Shown here piece after piece: positions 38,028-49,773 of a DNA stretch of 64,000 bases. Origin of the DNA: Zootoca vivipara (Eukaryota); assembly GCF_963506605.1 (NCBI RefSeq), contig NC_083277.1, positions 88,412,001-88,476,000 of the forward strand, in the 5' to 3' direction. The position numbers and the translations under genes are program-made. Each line of letters opens with the position of its first letter. Within the stretch, counting starts at the first letter, position 1. The notes under the pieces are model-generated. The model made no database searches and was not told the origin of the DNA. It was given only the letters and a program-made list of their open reading frames with translations.

Positions 38028-41000
38028 TTTATTAGATGCCATGAGTGATTAGGGAATTGGGTGCTTATAGTGTGGCTGCAACTCACGATGTCTAGCCATC
38101 TTGGATGCAACACACATTTGCTTGAGGGGCCAAGATCTTCATGAAGCCAATGCCCGTACCCAGTGTGAATTGGACTTACCTGGACCCTGCACCCCTCCCC
38201 CACCTCCAGGCACCAGTAAGTAGTTCAGTGTGAGCAGGACAAGGGTGTGCTTTGCATTCTTGATTTGCATACTTTAGCCTGTTTTGTGCTAGAAAGGAAA
38301 GCTTGCAGTAGGTGTAGACATCTTTGGGCCATGACGTCATCCAAGACATTCTGAAGCCTAGAAGCCTGGGGCTTGAATCCCATTTTTCTTGCAACCCCCA
38401 CTTCCCAAATTATGGGGAGTTTCAATTTATGTGCAACTATGTTGCAGGGACAAGAAGTATGGGGAAATGTAAAAAAACGAGACTACTCACTTTTTTTTAA
38501 GTTGCATTAGGCAATGTTAGTTACTTAAACCAACAACATGAAGAAACTTCCTCTTAATTATGTGTTGTGCCTGCCCTTTTTGTTTCAAAGGAACCAAAGG
38601 TTCGGCCACTCTCCCAGACTCTCTCCAGCTTCACTACTACAGTTTTTTGGCAGCTGTATCGTATCTATTGATCTCCCAGGAATCCCTTTTGACATTTGAG
38701 GGGTAATCACATTAAAATTTTCTCACCAAGATCTAAAAATAGCTCTTTTAGTTTCTGAACTCTTGCTGACTCCTGTGGATTTTCTGCTGCGGCTTTTTTC
38801 TTTTCTTTTTTGGTTGCAAACTTCACCATTGCATTTATGGAAGCTAAACTGAATCCAAAAATCACTGAACATGACAGGGCTTCCACTTTGCCTTTCCCAC
38901 CTGTCAGGGCTGTTGACCCACTTGGGATTTGTGTCCGTGATCAGTTGCCTTCCGATAATAAACCGTGAATGGGCTTCGTCCTGTGATTTTGTTTATACAC
39001 CCAGGGATCAAATCAAATGCTAAAGTAAATTGAAAGAAAATCACGAACCCCTGTGAAAATCTGGAAACAATCTTTGCTTGTTTCTCAGAAATAGTAATCA
39101 TGTAAAGGAGAGTTGTTAACCCCCGGCAGTTTGGGGTAGCTATGGAATTCCCATATGGAATAGAGTTTCACAGAGTCTCGCAAAAGGCAGCACTTCTAGA
39201 CAGTGCAATCCTGTGCATGTTTACTCAGAAGTAAGTCCACAACTCACTAATAAAGTAGGTTTAGGATGGTAACCTGAAGTTCATGTAGACTGGGATGTTA
39301 GCCATAGAGGTTAAATAGATTAGAGTTGTCATATTATTTGGAATCCTCTCCGTATTGGAGCCACAATTGTGTATGAATTGGGGAGGGAGAGGGGAAATTC
39401 CGACTTCTTCTTACAGCAGCGTCATAAACTGAAAGTAGGCTGTTGTGTTCTTAACGATTCTTCCTCTGGTCCCCTTCTTCTCCAGCTCACACAGCAGTGA
39501 ATCCCATTGCTTATCAGTTGCCGCACTCAAAATTCATCCGGGACAGACATCTAGTTTGTCTCATCTAGTCACCACAATTTGAAACAAGTGGTGCCTTCCC
39601 TATTGTCTTTTTGTGCCATACACATGTCTGTTCAGTTGAAGCTGAAGCCTTAAAGAAACAAGCTTGTATGTAGATAGACACTGTTTTACCTTATAGCAGG
39701 AGTGGGGCTCCTCCAGCCCACCGTGCAATTTTGACCCATGAGGCCATTTCCCCCAAACCATGGCCACCTACCCATCAGCTTATGTCACTGGTGACGTCAT
39801 CTGATGGATGAGAGGACAGGTTTGAATTCTGCATTGGCAGCCAAGGTAGCAGGATTTAATCCTTCCTTGTTGGCTGAGTGGGAATTTAACTCAGAATTAA
39901 AGTAGCTTGCTTGTGAAATTGCAGGGGCTTTCAGAAGTCCTGTGTTCTTGTTTGAGCCTCCAGCATGGGGGCTGCCTTAAAGCCTTTGGCAAGCCTGCTC
40001 CCTCCTTCTTTAAGTTACTGATCTCAGAAAATTAAGGAGGAAGTGTGGGGAGACTTGGAAAAGATCGAGGAGGGGGGCTTAAAAGGGGAGACTTGCAAAG
40101 TACAAGGAATTTTGAAAAGTGTGGTGTGCCTCATCGCTTTTGTCATCTGGAGCCATTGGCTTGCATGAACCTCTAGTTTCCTTCGCTTTCTGCTTCTGGC
40201 ACTTTTGAATCTAGATTATTAGCTCTGCATGGGCCATTAGGCTGTGCTGCTTGCTTGACTCTGCCCTCCAAACCCACCCGCTCATGCATAGAAGTGTCAC
40301 TGCATTTCCTCTGTAAAATATTGGAAGGTAGGCAGCTGCCTCTTAAACCTAGCCTGTTTATAAAGAAATGGATAATTCCTTCTCCATATTCTCTTCTCCC
40401 CACACCTACCCCAATTTACTTTCTCTTGCAAGCAAGCAAATAGAAAACCGCTCAGCTTTTTCCTCTCCACTCCACTTCCCCAGTGGCACAGTCAAATGAG
40501 GGAAGCAGTCGGCAATCTTCATAGGCAAACCAAGGAAGGAGGGAGGGAGAGAGGAAGAAGACCCTTCCTTTAATAAGGGCTACTACAGAGTGAGAGAGAG
40601 AGAGAGCAGTTGCACAGCAAAGCACTGCTGGCTGGGGCAGAGAGAACCAGGCCCTCTGCAGCCATTCAGTTTCCATTTGTGCTCTTGCTTGAGGCTTGTC
40701 GGCGACACTAGGAGAAGCTACTGTGCAGCTGACCGCGTTCGCACGAACAGTAGATGTAGAAGTAAGCTTGAGTCTGGAGTGCAGGTGGGTGCTAAAAATG
40801 TTTCTTTCGACAGAACTGCAAGCATGCTAAGGGGTAGCCTAGGTTACTGAATCCTTCCCACCTTTCGATCTCTACCTACAGTCTGAAAAGCTATAGGCCT
40901 GCAATAGATATATTGTGCTTATCAGGCTTGTCTCTCAAAAGAGGCAGCCTTGAAATGATCACCTGTCTTTATTGTTCAAACAAACCCCCTTTCCTCTATA

Positions 41001-41551
41001 TACCGTGTTTCCAAGCCACTTTTAGTGTTTTCATATCGATTTTTGATGTGCATAAAACCAGATTTGTCACTGTTGCACAACTGAGAGATCCTTTAAAAAA
41101 ACAAGTGTGGGGATGAAGTCTTGCATATGAAATGTCTTTGCATATTGCTGGATGAAAAGTATATAAAAATCAGGCTCCTGCAAGCATACAGCGCTTTATA
41201 GGCAAATGTTGTTTCACAGAAAGTGGACTCTCGAGACTCACCTCTGCATCTGATTCTTTTCTTTGGAGGGCCGGTTGTATCAAAGTTTAATCTTACGCAA
41301 CTCTTTCCTGTTGGGGTTCCCAGTTCTGTTTAGATACACACACAACTTTGAACCGGAGTGGAGAATCTGAAATTCCAAGCAATGCCAATAACTTGACTCT
41401 TAACTTCCTATTCACACTCATCCATCTTTGTGTCCTGGCCCTAATCTGTGGAAGGGAGATATAGGTTGGGTTCACCTTTGCCTCCAGAGAGCCTGGATGT
41501 AGATTTGGTGATGCCTGACTCTTCCCTGTTACACCAGCCTCAGGGCTTTAG

Positions 41552-42053
41552 TCAGGCATAAGGAATCTTTTTTATGCTGAGGGCCACATTCTTTAAAGGC
41601 TAATCTGTTGGGGGCCACATACAGGGCCACTCTATTTTGGCTCTCTCTTTTCTCTTTTACTGCTACATTCTCTCTCTCCTTCCCTACGCAGCAGGCTGCG
41701 TGTTGAGGGACAGGTTGCTTTTGTCAGGAGTCTTATTCCTTGCATAGGACTTTGTCCCCCTCTTTCTAGCCCCCCACGGCTCCCCTCTCCTCTCCCTAAG
41801 GGGTCTCTGCTCCTGTGTGCACTAGCACTGCATACAAATTGTAGTTTTGAAGCACATTCAAAACACATTCTTTCCCTCAAGGAATTCTGGGCACTGTTGT
41901 TTGGCCTTCACAGCATTACAATTCCTAGCAACCTTTAGCAAACTGCAGTGCCCAGGGTTCTTTGAGGGGAGGGACTGTGTTTTGAGTGTGCTTTAAAGGT
42001 ATAGTGTGGGCACAGCCTAAATTGGGCTGAGGGCCACAGGTTGCCCACCTCTA
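41552..42053. mobile_element. Old hAT-like element with a nested palindromic MITE (about 41825-42018)
   Basis: Degenerate termini (CAGGCATAAGGAATC... and ...CAGGTTGCCCACCTCT). The internal imperfect palindrome is similar to 27776-27942. Confidence 0.45.
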
Positions 42054-42747
42054 GCTTAAGCAGATCAATAACGCCCCAGCTGTACCTTACCATTGGTAGA
42101 ATATGTCCACAGGTCCTCCACAGCAATGTGTGGGACTCTCAGTAGAGGGACTGTACAGCTGCTTGCCATTCCTTAACCACCTTCACTCAGTGTGCTAAAA
42201 CTTGAGGGGAAAATAGCCCGCAGACAATGGGTGGCAAGCAAGCACTCTTGCACTTTATCTGCAAAATAGGGGGTGCTTCCACGCACACCAGAGCATTGTG
42301 CTGCAGTGTTCTGTGCTGCATAGGCTGCTGCCCTGGCGGCACCTGCTGCAACAAGCTCATGCGAGAGAGGGTTGGCCCTGCCATGCAGCAATGTGAAGTG
42401 GTCAGCTTTGTGTTGATGTTTTGCACTGACACTGGCAAGAAACGAAAAGTTATCACTCAAAGAAATGAAAATCTTTAAAGGTTCTGAGGAGAGGCTGCAG
42501 GTAAAGAAAACTTGAAGTGGAACAAAGCCCTGTTGGTCTCCAGGGGCTTGGAGGGCCTTGAAAGCTGTGGCATTGGGGCTTTGGATCGAGTATGCTTGTT
42601 AGGCTTAGTTTAGCGTCCATTCAGTTACTGAAGAGGACCATATAGAAAGCCATGTGCATCTAACTGCAAGTCTCCAGACCCAGGTTAAGTTGATCAACCC
42701 CGGTTTATGAAGCCTGGATGTGCCCCCTGTTGGGTTATGCTGTGGAC

Positions 42748-42883
42748 CAGGCATCCCCAAACTTCGGCCCTCCAGATGTTTTGGACTGCAGTTCCCATCT
42801 TCCTTGACCACTGGTCCTGTTAGCTTGGGATCATGGGAGTTGTAGGCCAAAACATCTGGAGGGCCGAAGTTTGGGGATGCCTG
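42748..42883. mobile_element. 136-bp palindromic hAT MITE
   Basis: Perfect TSD CTGTGGAC. Confidence 0.93.
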
Positions 42884-44442
42884 CTGTGGACTCTCTGAAC
42901 GTGTGACGCAAGTCTTAGAGCTCTTACTTTGCAGCTGTCCTTGGTCTCTCTGCCTTGTGACTCTGACAGTTCAAGAACTGCTGAAAAGCTACCAACAATG
43001 AGCCTATTCTCCAGAGCTCAAGAGGGCAACAAAGCCCTTTAGAGGTGTCCTGCTAACGCCATAGTGTGTGCTTGTGGCGAGAGTGGTATGTGCAGTCTGG
43101 GCTTGGTACATCTCTCATTCATTTGGGCAAGTGACTCTTGAAAGGGTCATCGGGGGCTAAGCTGCACCATCATGTTTGCTCCTCTTGGGTTCTCTCCAAC
43201 TGTACAACTGCTGAATGCCACCCAGTCATAAATACTACAGCAATGCCAGGCTTTTGTTTCTGTTGCTCGTCTTCAACATTGGCAAAACAAGCAATATTCA
43301 TCCCAGGTTGGGTCTGCTCTCTGGAGCTGAGATTCCTAACAGGGTCATTTTGTTCAACTGTGAATTCTTCTACCAACTGAAAAGAATCTTGATTTGAGTA
43401 ATCGTAGATAGAAGTTGTTGGTTGCTATAACAACACGAGCATATCTATTTGGGTGCTCACATGATCCCTGTTCCAGTTTCTAAATATAAGCCCAATCTCA
43501 CACGGTATATCTGATGCCATGGAAACCAAATGTTCTGTAAAGATGCAAGGAAGAACCAAAATTTCAGCAACATGAACATTTGAGGGTGATTGATTGGGGG
43601 CTGGGGGTGGGGAGAGCTGGTCATTGCCACAATCATAAACTGCATGGTACATACAGGGCTGCCCATGGTTTGGGCATTCGTGTTGCATTAACACACTTTT
43701 CACGATGTTGTTGTATAATTTCCAAGTGTTTATCTTTTCTCCTGACCTGACCAGTATGCTATTTCATATGGAATCAGATAATTCTGGATTTATGTGCTTC
43801 AGGGATGGGAAACCTGCTTCCTCCTAGACATTTCAGACTCTCATCAGCCACAACTAGCATAGCCATTGGGGTATGATGGGAGTCTAACAGGCCACAGGTT
43901 TTCCAGGACAGCAGCTCTCCAAGTGCAAAAGGCCTTTCTTTTGCATTCCTGGTCCCTGAGGCCCTTTCTTCAAGGGGGATGCTGGGAACTGAAGTTTGGA
44001 TCTTCTACATACAGAGCACATGTTCTGTCTCTGTCCTGTGGTCCTGCTCAACCCATTCAGGCACTTGGAATTATAGGCTGCGAAGGAACTAGGTCATTTA
44101 GTGCAGCTGTTTGACCTGTTTCCATTTTCCAACATCTCTTAGCAGCGCAGCCTGTGTCAGCTACATTGAACCGTGCCAAAGAGAGGAAGTTAAACGGAAC
44201 CAGCTTTATCAGGCTAGAATTCTCTGGAAGACAGTAACAAGTTATATGTAATAAAAAATATGCTCAAGGTTTGCAGTCATTGTTTTGCTGGTAAATTGCA
44301 GCTAACACAACCATGCACGATTTTGAAAGGTGTTACATTTGTCTGTGGCCTGTTTTGTAACATTGTTTTCTTTTTTTTAAAAAAGTTGCCTGTTACAATG
44401 ACTCATATTTTGCTTTTATTGTGCTGCTGTTATTGTATATAT

Positions 44443-44578
44443 CAGGCACCCCCAAACTGCAGCCTTCCAGATGTTTTGGCCTACAACTCCCATGATCCCT
44501 AGATAACAGGACCAGTGGTCAGGGATGATGGGAATTGTAGCCCAAAACATCTGGAGGACCAAAGTTTGGGGATGCCCG
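44443..44578. mobile_element. 136-bp palindromic hAT MITE
   Basis: TSD GTATATAT/GTATATAC. Confidence 0.9.
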
Positions 44579-44585
44579 GTATATA

Positions 44586-44802
44586 CAGTAATACCTCTGC
44601 GAACGTCCACCTTGTATAGCGTCCATTCCAGTGAACGTCTGCTGAAAACCCAGAAGTTCTGGAACGGGTTACTTCCGGGTTTGTGACTCTTGCATGTGCA
44701 TAAGCACAAACTGCTCTGCGACACGGCGCTTTGCCCTCCGTCCTTTTCGGCTAGCAGCCGGGGCTCCGGAATGGATCCCGGCCACAAAACGGGGTACGAC
44801 TG
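44586..44802. mobile_element. Tc1/mariner MITE abutting the hAT MITE
   Basis: TA|CAGTAATACCTC...GGGGTACGACTG|TA. Confidence 0.8.
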
Positions 44803-45873
44803 TACCAGCCAGAGATCTGTCTGCATCAGAGGTAGCCAACCATCAGAAGTTACCTGCAATCTATATATATATAATATGCCCCTCCCTTCCTCCCAAAGGA
44901 GCCCAGGATGGTAAACACCAGAATTTTGAAATTATGCAATTTAAAATAAGCATATCTGTTTTGAAATGTTTTAATCTAAAAACATTTAAAAGCAATCACC
45001 TTCACAGTTAGCTAATTTACTTCAGGATCTGGACTTGCTAGTGAATAGTGCAAACTGTACCCCCTTTGCACGAATAACTGTGTCAAGTGCGCAGATGTTT
45101 CCTCATCAGGGTCCCTCTTTTTCTTGTGGGGGTTTCCTGCAGTTTGTAAATGAGAAGTGGTTTTCTCTGTTGAGTAAGGCTTGAACTTTCGCCATGGACA
45201 TGCATCCTATTCAGGATGGGTCAGGAAGTCATGTGCTGCTGTCTTATGTTTCCGCAGGCAGCATAAATCTGCGGCGTCAGCTTGTGCAGCCCTAGGCATC
45301 TCCATAGGTTCACAGATGGACCACATTCACAGTTTAGCTCAGCCAGACAGTGGCTGTGTGGAAAGATGTATTATACTTTAATGAGAGCTGTGTGTGTGTG
45401 TGTGTGTGTTTGGGTGTGTCCATGATTCTCACTAAAGTGTTAGCTTTGCTAGGAAGAGCTAGAATTCAGTGTTTAAAAACTCTGGGCCAATATAATTCTC
45501 ATCTATTAGACCAACATAATTAGATCTCCTTAATGTTAATCATTAAAATTACAATTCAGAATGACTCCTTTCTGGATGTCGATTTTGCAGAGGTTAGGAA
45601 GGGCAAATCAGATGCTAGGAATGCTGGAAGTAGTTAGGGGTATATAAAAGAAGGTGGGCAGGCACTGAGGTTCTCAGAAGCCAAGCTGTATATAGTTTAT
45701 ACCATTGAAAGTCCAGTCCAGACTTCACTTGTGTGTGAGACAATCCTCACATCAAGCTTTTCCCTGGAAGATCTAAAGGCTCAAACCAGAGTGTAATGGG
45801 GAAGGCATTCCACTGGGTACCCTGGTCCCAAATTGTTTAGGGCTTTATATACCAGCAATACTGGGTCTATACT

Positions 45874-46362
45874 GGGACGCAGGTGGCGCTGTGGGTTAAA
45901 CCACTGAGCCTAGGGCTTGCCGATCAGAAGGTTGGTGGTTCGAATCCCTGCGACGGGGTGAGCTCCCGTTGCTCGGTCCCAGCTCCTGCCCACCTAGCAG
46001 TTCGAAAGCACGTCAAAGTGCAAGTAGATAAATAGGTACCACTCCGGCGGGGAGGTAAACGGCATTTCCGTGTGCTTCTCTGGTTCACCAGAAGCGGCTT
46101 TGTCATGCTGGCCACATGACCCGGAAGCTGTACGCCGGCTCCCTCGGCCAATAACGCGAGATAAGCGCCCCAACCCCAGAGTCAGTCACGACTGGGCCTA
46201 ATGGTCAGGGGTCCCTTTACCTTTACCTTTAATTTATGAAGGGAATGGTTGAACCAGCCATGTGATACTGCCAGCATCGTTGCTATTAGAAATTCCAGAC
46301 ATCACTCAGTTTGTAAAAAATGTCACAGCCAATATGTTTATTGGGGTCCCTTTACCTTTCCC
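45874..46362 (+). mobile_element. Sauria SINE with captured flank and second tail
   Basis: SINE at 45874-46229, captured segment 46230-46340, second tail 46343-46362, TSD TATACCAG(C/T)AATA. Confidence 0.9.
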
Positions 46363-47599
46363 TATACCAGTAATAAAACCATGAACATTGCTGGGCCACT
46401 GACAAACAACTAATGCAGTTCTTTCAACATAAGGCATGGGTGAGCATCCCTAGGGTCACCACTGAGCACCCTGGCTGATGTGTTCTATACTAGCTACAGC
46501 TTCCGGACTTAGCACAGGGGAAAGCCCACATACAGAGCATCATGGTGGTCTAACTAGGAGGTTGCAAATGTATGGACCGCAGTAGTCAGGCTATTCATTT
46601 TTTTCTTAGATTTATATCCCACCTGGACAATCCAAGGCAGTGCTCATGTGGTTCTCAGGCCATCACCCATCCAGGCACTGGCCAGAGCTACATAAACCAA
46701 CCCTGCGTCAAATATTCTCCAAACACGTTCACATGGAATTGGGGCATTTGGCAGGGCTGAAACGGTTCCTTGCATCCTCCCCTACGTTGAACCTGTCCTC
46801 TGGTTTTCACCTCCACTCCCAGCAGCAGTTCTTGTGTCACTTTCCCCTGCTAGTGGCCTCCTCACATTCCTGTGATTGTAACACACTGCCAGTTCCTCTG
46901 CAGCATGCACACAGCCAATCGGAGCTGCCTATGTAGTGACATCACAAAGTCAATTCAGAGTGAATGTGGAAAGCTATGCTCTCTGTTGAGATGCTGGAGG
47001 GAAAGCTGTGGTGCAAACATTCTTGTTCTCAGTCTTGCCCTGAGAAAATGGTTAAAAGTGAAGCATTTGTTTATAGGGTGCTGGGGGTGTACATGGGGAA
47101 AGAAGTGTTCTTTAGTTCAAAACTAATAAGTACAGCTTGTCCTCTATATGCCAGATCCCACGTCCTCACAGTGCCCATTTGGCCATGTGAGTTTATGTTT
47201 CACTTTGTAGCCCTGAACACAAGCCGGGTCAATCTTTGTACAAAGGGTTGGCTTGATGTAAGTTCAAGGGAAAAGTTCCCCAGAGAGACAGAAATAGGGG
47301 ACATGGGAGGCCAGAGAGGCTACGACTGAACCAAGGGAAGCTTGACAAAGCGGTCCTTGTTTGTCCTGTCTGTGCATGAGGAGCAGTTGGTCAGTGGTAC
47401 AGACCCTCGCTTTGTGCTCCCCATCACCTACACAGACATTTGAAAGCTGGCAGAGGAAAAGACTTTCCAGAAGCTTCACATCTGGAAAGCTTCTAGAATG
47501 GGTCCTTTTGATTTCCAAAGAACAAAATTGAGGGAAGGGAAGTGCTGAAGTGTTTGACACACACACACACACACACCCCTCTGACCCTTGCCCTTCCTC

Positions 47600-47756
47600 T
47601 GAGTTTTGATACTGGACACTGGCTCATTACTCACACACAAAGCAGAACAAGCAGTGGGTAATTTCCTCACTCCATCTCACAGAGGGAGAACTAGTTTGTG
47701 ACCAGCTCCAGCTTGGGACTTAATTTCTACAAAGGACTTGGGCAAAATCACCAATG
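47600..47756 (+). other. Candidate GAS7 alternative first exon ending in the initiator ATG (5' boundary approximate)
   Basis: ccaATG|GTAAGA at 47754-47762 is a strong donor directly after ATG. A phase-0 join to exon 2 gives M-KPRK..., like the mammalian M-KPG... short isoform. The context is non-repetitive. Confidence 0.4.
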
Positions 47757-48797
47757 GTAAGATGGCATTATTTGGAGAAGAGCCAGATGCACTGATAAAT
47801 GTTTATATTTGCAGATATAAATGTTTTACACCCTTCCATTTTGAAGCTTGGCCATAATTATATCTTTGGTCACCTTCATCCTCTTGAGCTTCTCTTTGAT
47901 GCTGAGCGAGTCTGGGAAGGGCATGGGGAACTTGATGGAGTTCCAAGATTCGTCGTTATGTAACTCTTAGTGGTTTGGCTGAAAGAAACCAGAATGTCTG
48001 AAGGGGCAGGATATAGCTAATTTTCTTAATCGTTAAAAACGTTCGCACATAGAAAAAGAAGACATCTCTCAGAGCAGCTTTAATGAGTGCCTAACGCTTC
48101 ATCCATTAAATTGTTACAATGCAGCCAGCCAAGCCCTGGCATTTGAAAAAAGAAAAAGAAATCACTAGGTCTTGCTAAATGAAGGTAAGGGAGAAATCCT
48201 GAGAGTCTGTGTGTGGGAGAGTAGATTTCTTTTTTCTTTTTTCATTTTGGGAAAAACACAACCAAATGTTGGAGCAAGTGTATTTATTAACAAGAAGCTG
48301 ATGATAAAGCAAAAGATCTTCTTGGGCTCCTAGTATGACATTTTGACTGAGAACAGTGAAGAAGGACCAGCTTGTATATTTTTCTGCAACTGTTATGGCT
48401 GCCCAACTACAGCTAACTGCCACGATTCCATAGACCTTATCTGTATAGGAATAATAGCAGGGCAGAATATAAATGTTATAGTAGTCATCATAAGTATGTA
48501 AGTGTAGCAACACCACATAACATATCCCCTGCAGTGTTTCACTGTGAGCATTAAAACTAAGCACACTACTGGATATTTACGTGCAGTAACCTGCACAAGA
48601 GCCCATTTCAGCCAAGTAACAGAGGAATTGCATGAAAATCTGTACAGTAGATCTACAGTACAGTAGATCTTCACAAAACAAAACAAAAGTGCATGTGGTT
48701 TTGGGCACAGTTCGTCCTTCCTTCCAAACTCACTGTATTCATTTCTGCTTGGGTGAATTCATTGTCTGTAGCAAATTACTGTGGGTAGCACCTTTTG

Positions 48798-48799
<2 letters not shown>

Positions 48800-48840
<41 letters not shown>
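48800..48840. repeat. (GT)n microsatellite
   Basis: Direct observation. Confidence 0.95.
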
Positions 48841-48843
<3 letters not shown>

Positions 48844-49552
48844 CCAAATATATCAAATGGTTTGCAAATTCTGTGGAATGGACATACTTCTGCATTGATA
48901 TTTGGTGTGTGTCTTGAAGATGAAGGTTACGTTTGGGCAGGCTTACACAACAACTTTTTTTGTGGGCTACAGAAGCAAACAGAGCATGGTTTTTAAGGTG
49001 GTATATGTGATTCTCAACTACCCTGTCTAAAAATTAATAATCTGTGATCTCTGCTGGAATGCTTCTAAGAATGAAGCTGCTTTAACAACTGCATGCGAAA
49101 ATATCATAGCAAATTTATATCCAGCCATCACAAATCTCTGTAAAATTTTATCTTTAAGTTTGGGACAAAAGCTAGAATCCTTTTTCTGAGTTCATTTCAA
49201 GCCAAAGCATGGCTGTTCCCAAGGGAGATGAATGTATCGGTGACTAAATGTATATTATACAAAGCTTTCAATATACTGTACTCAGGGGAACATATGCCTC
49301 AGAACAGAACTGAAGCTTATTTTCAAAGTCAGGGTTGAATCTGGATCATTTGTGTAGTAGTTTTTTTGGGCATGTACAACATGTCCTTCCTACATGCTGA
49401 GTACCCACAGCCAGCTTCCAAATGTGGGATTAGAAGATACAGGCTTTCTTGCTCAGAAGAATTTTCACACGCAGTTGAGCCCCAAAACACCTTGCTCTAG
49501 ACTTTCGGAAGTGTAGCTGATAAATGCATCCAAGAGTAACATTCTTAGGAGG

Positions 49553-49773
49553 AAAATAAAAAATTCCTTCAGTAGCACCTTAAAGACCAACTAAGTTTAT
49601 ATTTTGGTATGAGCTTTTGTGTGCATGCACACTTCTTCAGATACCTGAAGAAGTGTGCATGCACACGAAAGCTCATACCAAAATATAAACTTAGTTGGTC
49701 TTTAAGGTGCTACTGAAGGAATTTTTTTATTTTGCTTCGACTCAGACCAACACGGCTACCTACCTGTAACTAG
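49553..49773. mobile_element. Penelope-like element terminal remnant, near-perfect palindrome
   Basis: Arms at 49553-49640 and 49645-49733 with a 4-nt loop (ATAC). Same 3' extension as the 36754 copy. TSD ATTCTTAGGAGG(AA). Confidence 0.85.

Noticed and set aside
48643-48670. TACAGTA motifs resembling mariner excision footprints
   Set aside because: A 7-mer is expected several times by chance in 64 kb. Here it is explained by a small local duplication.
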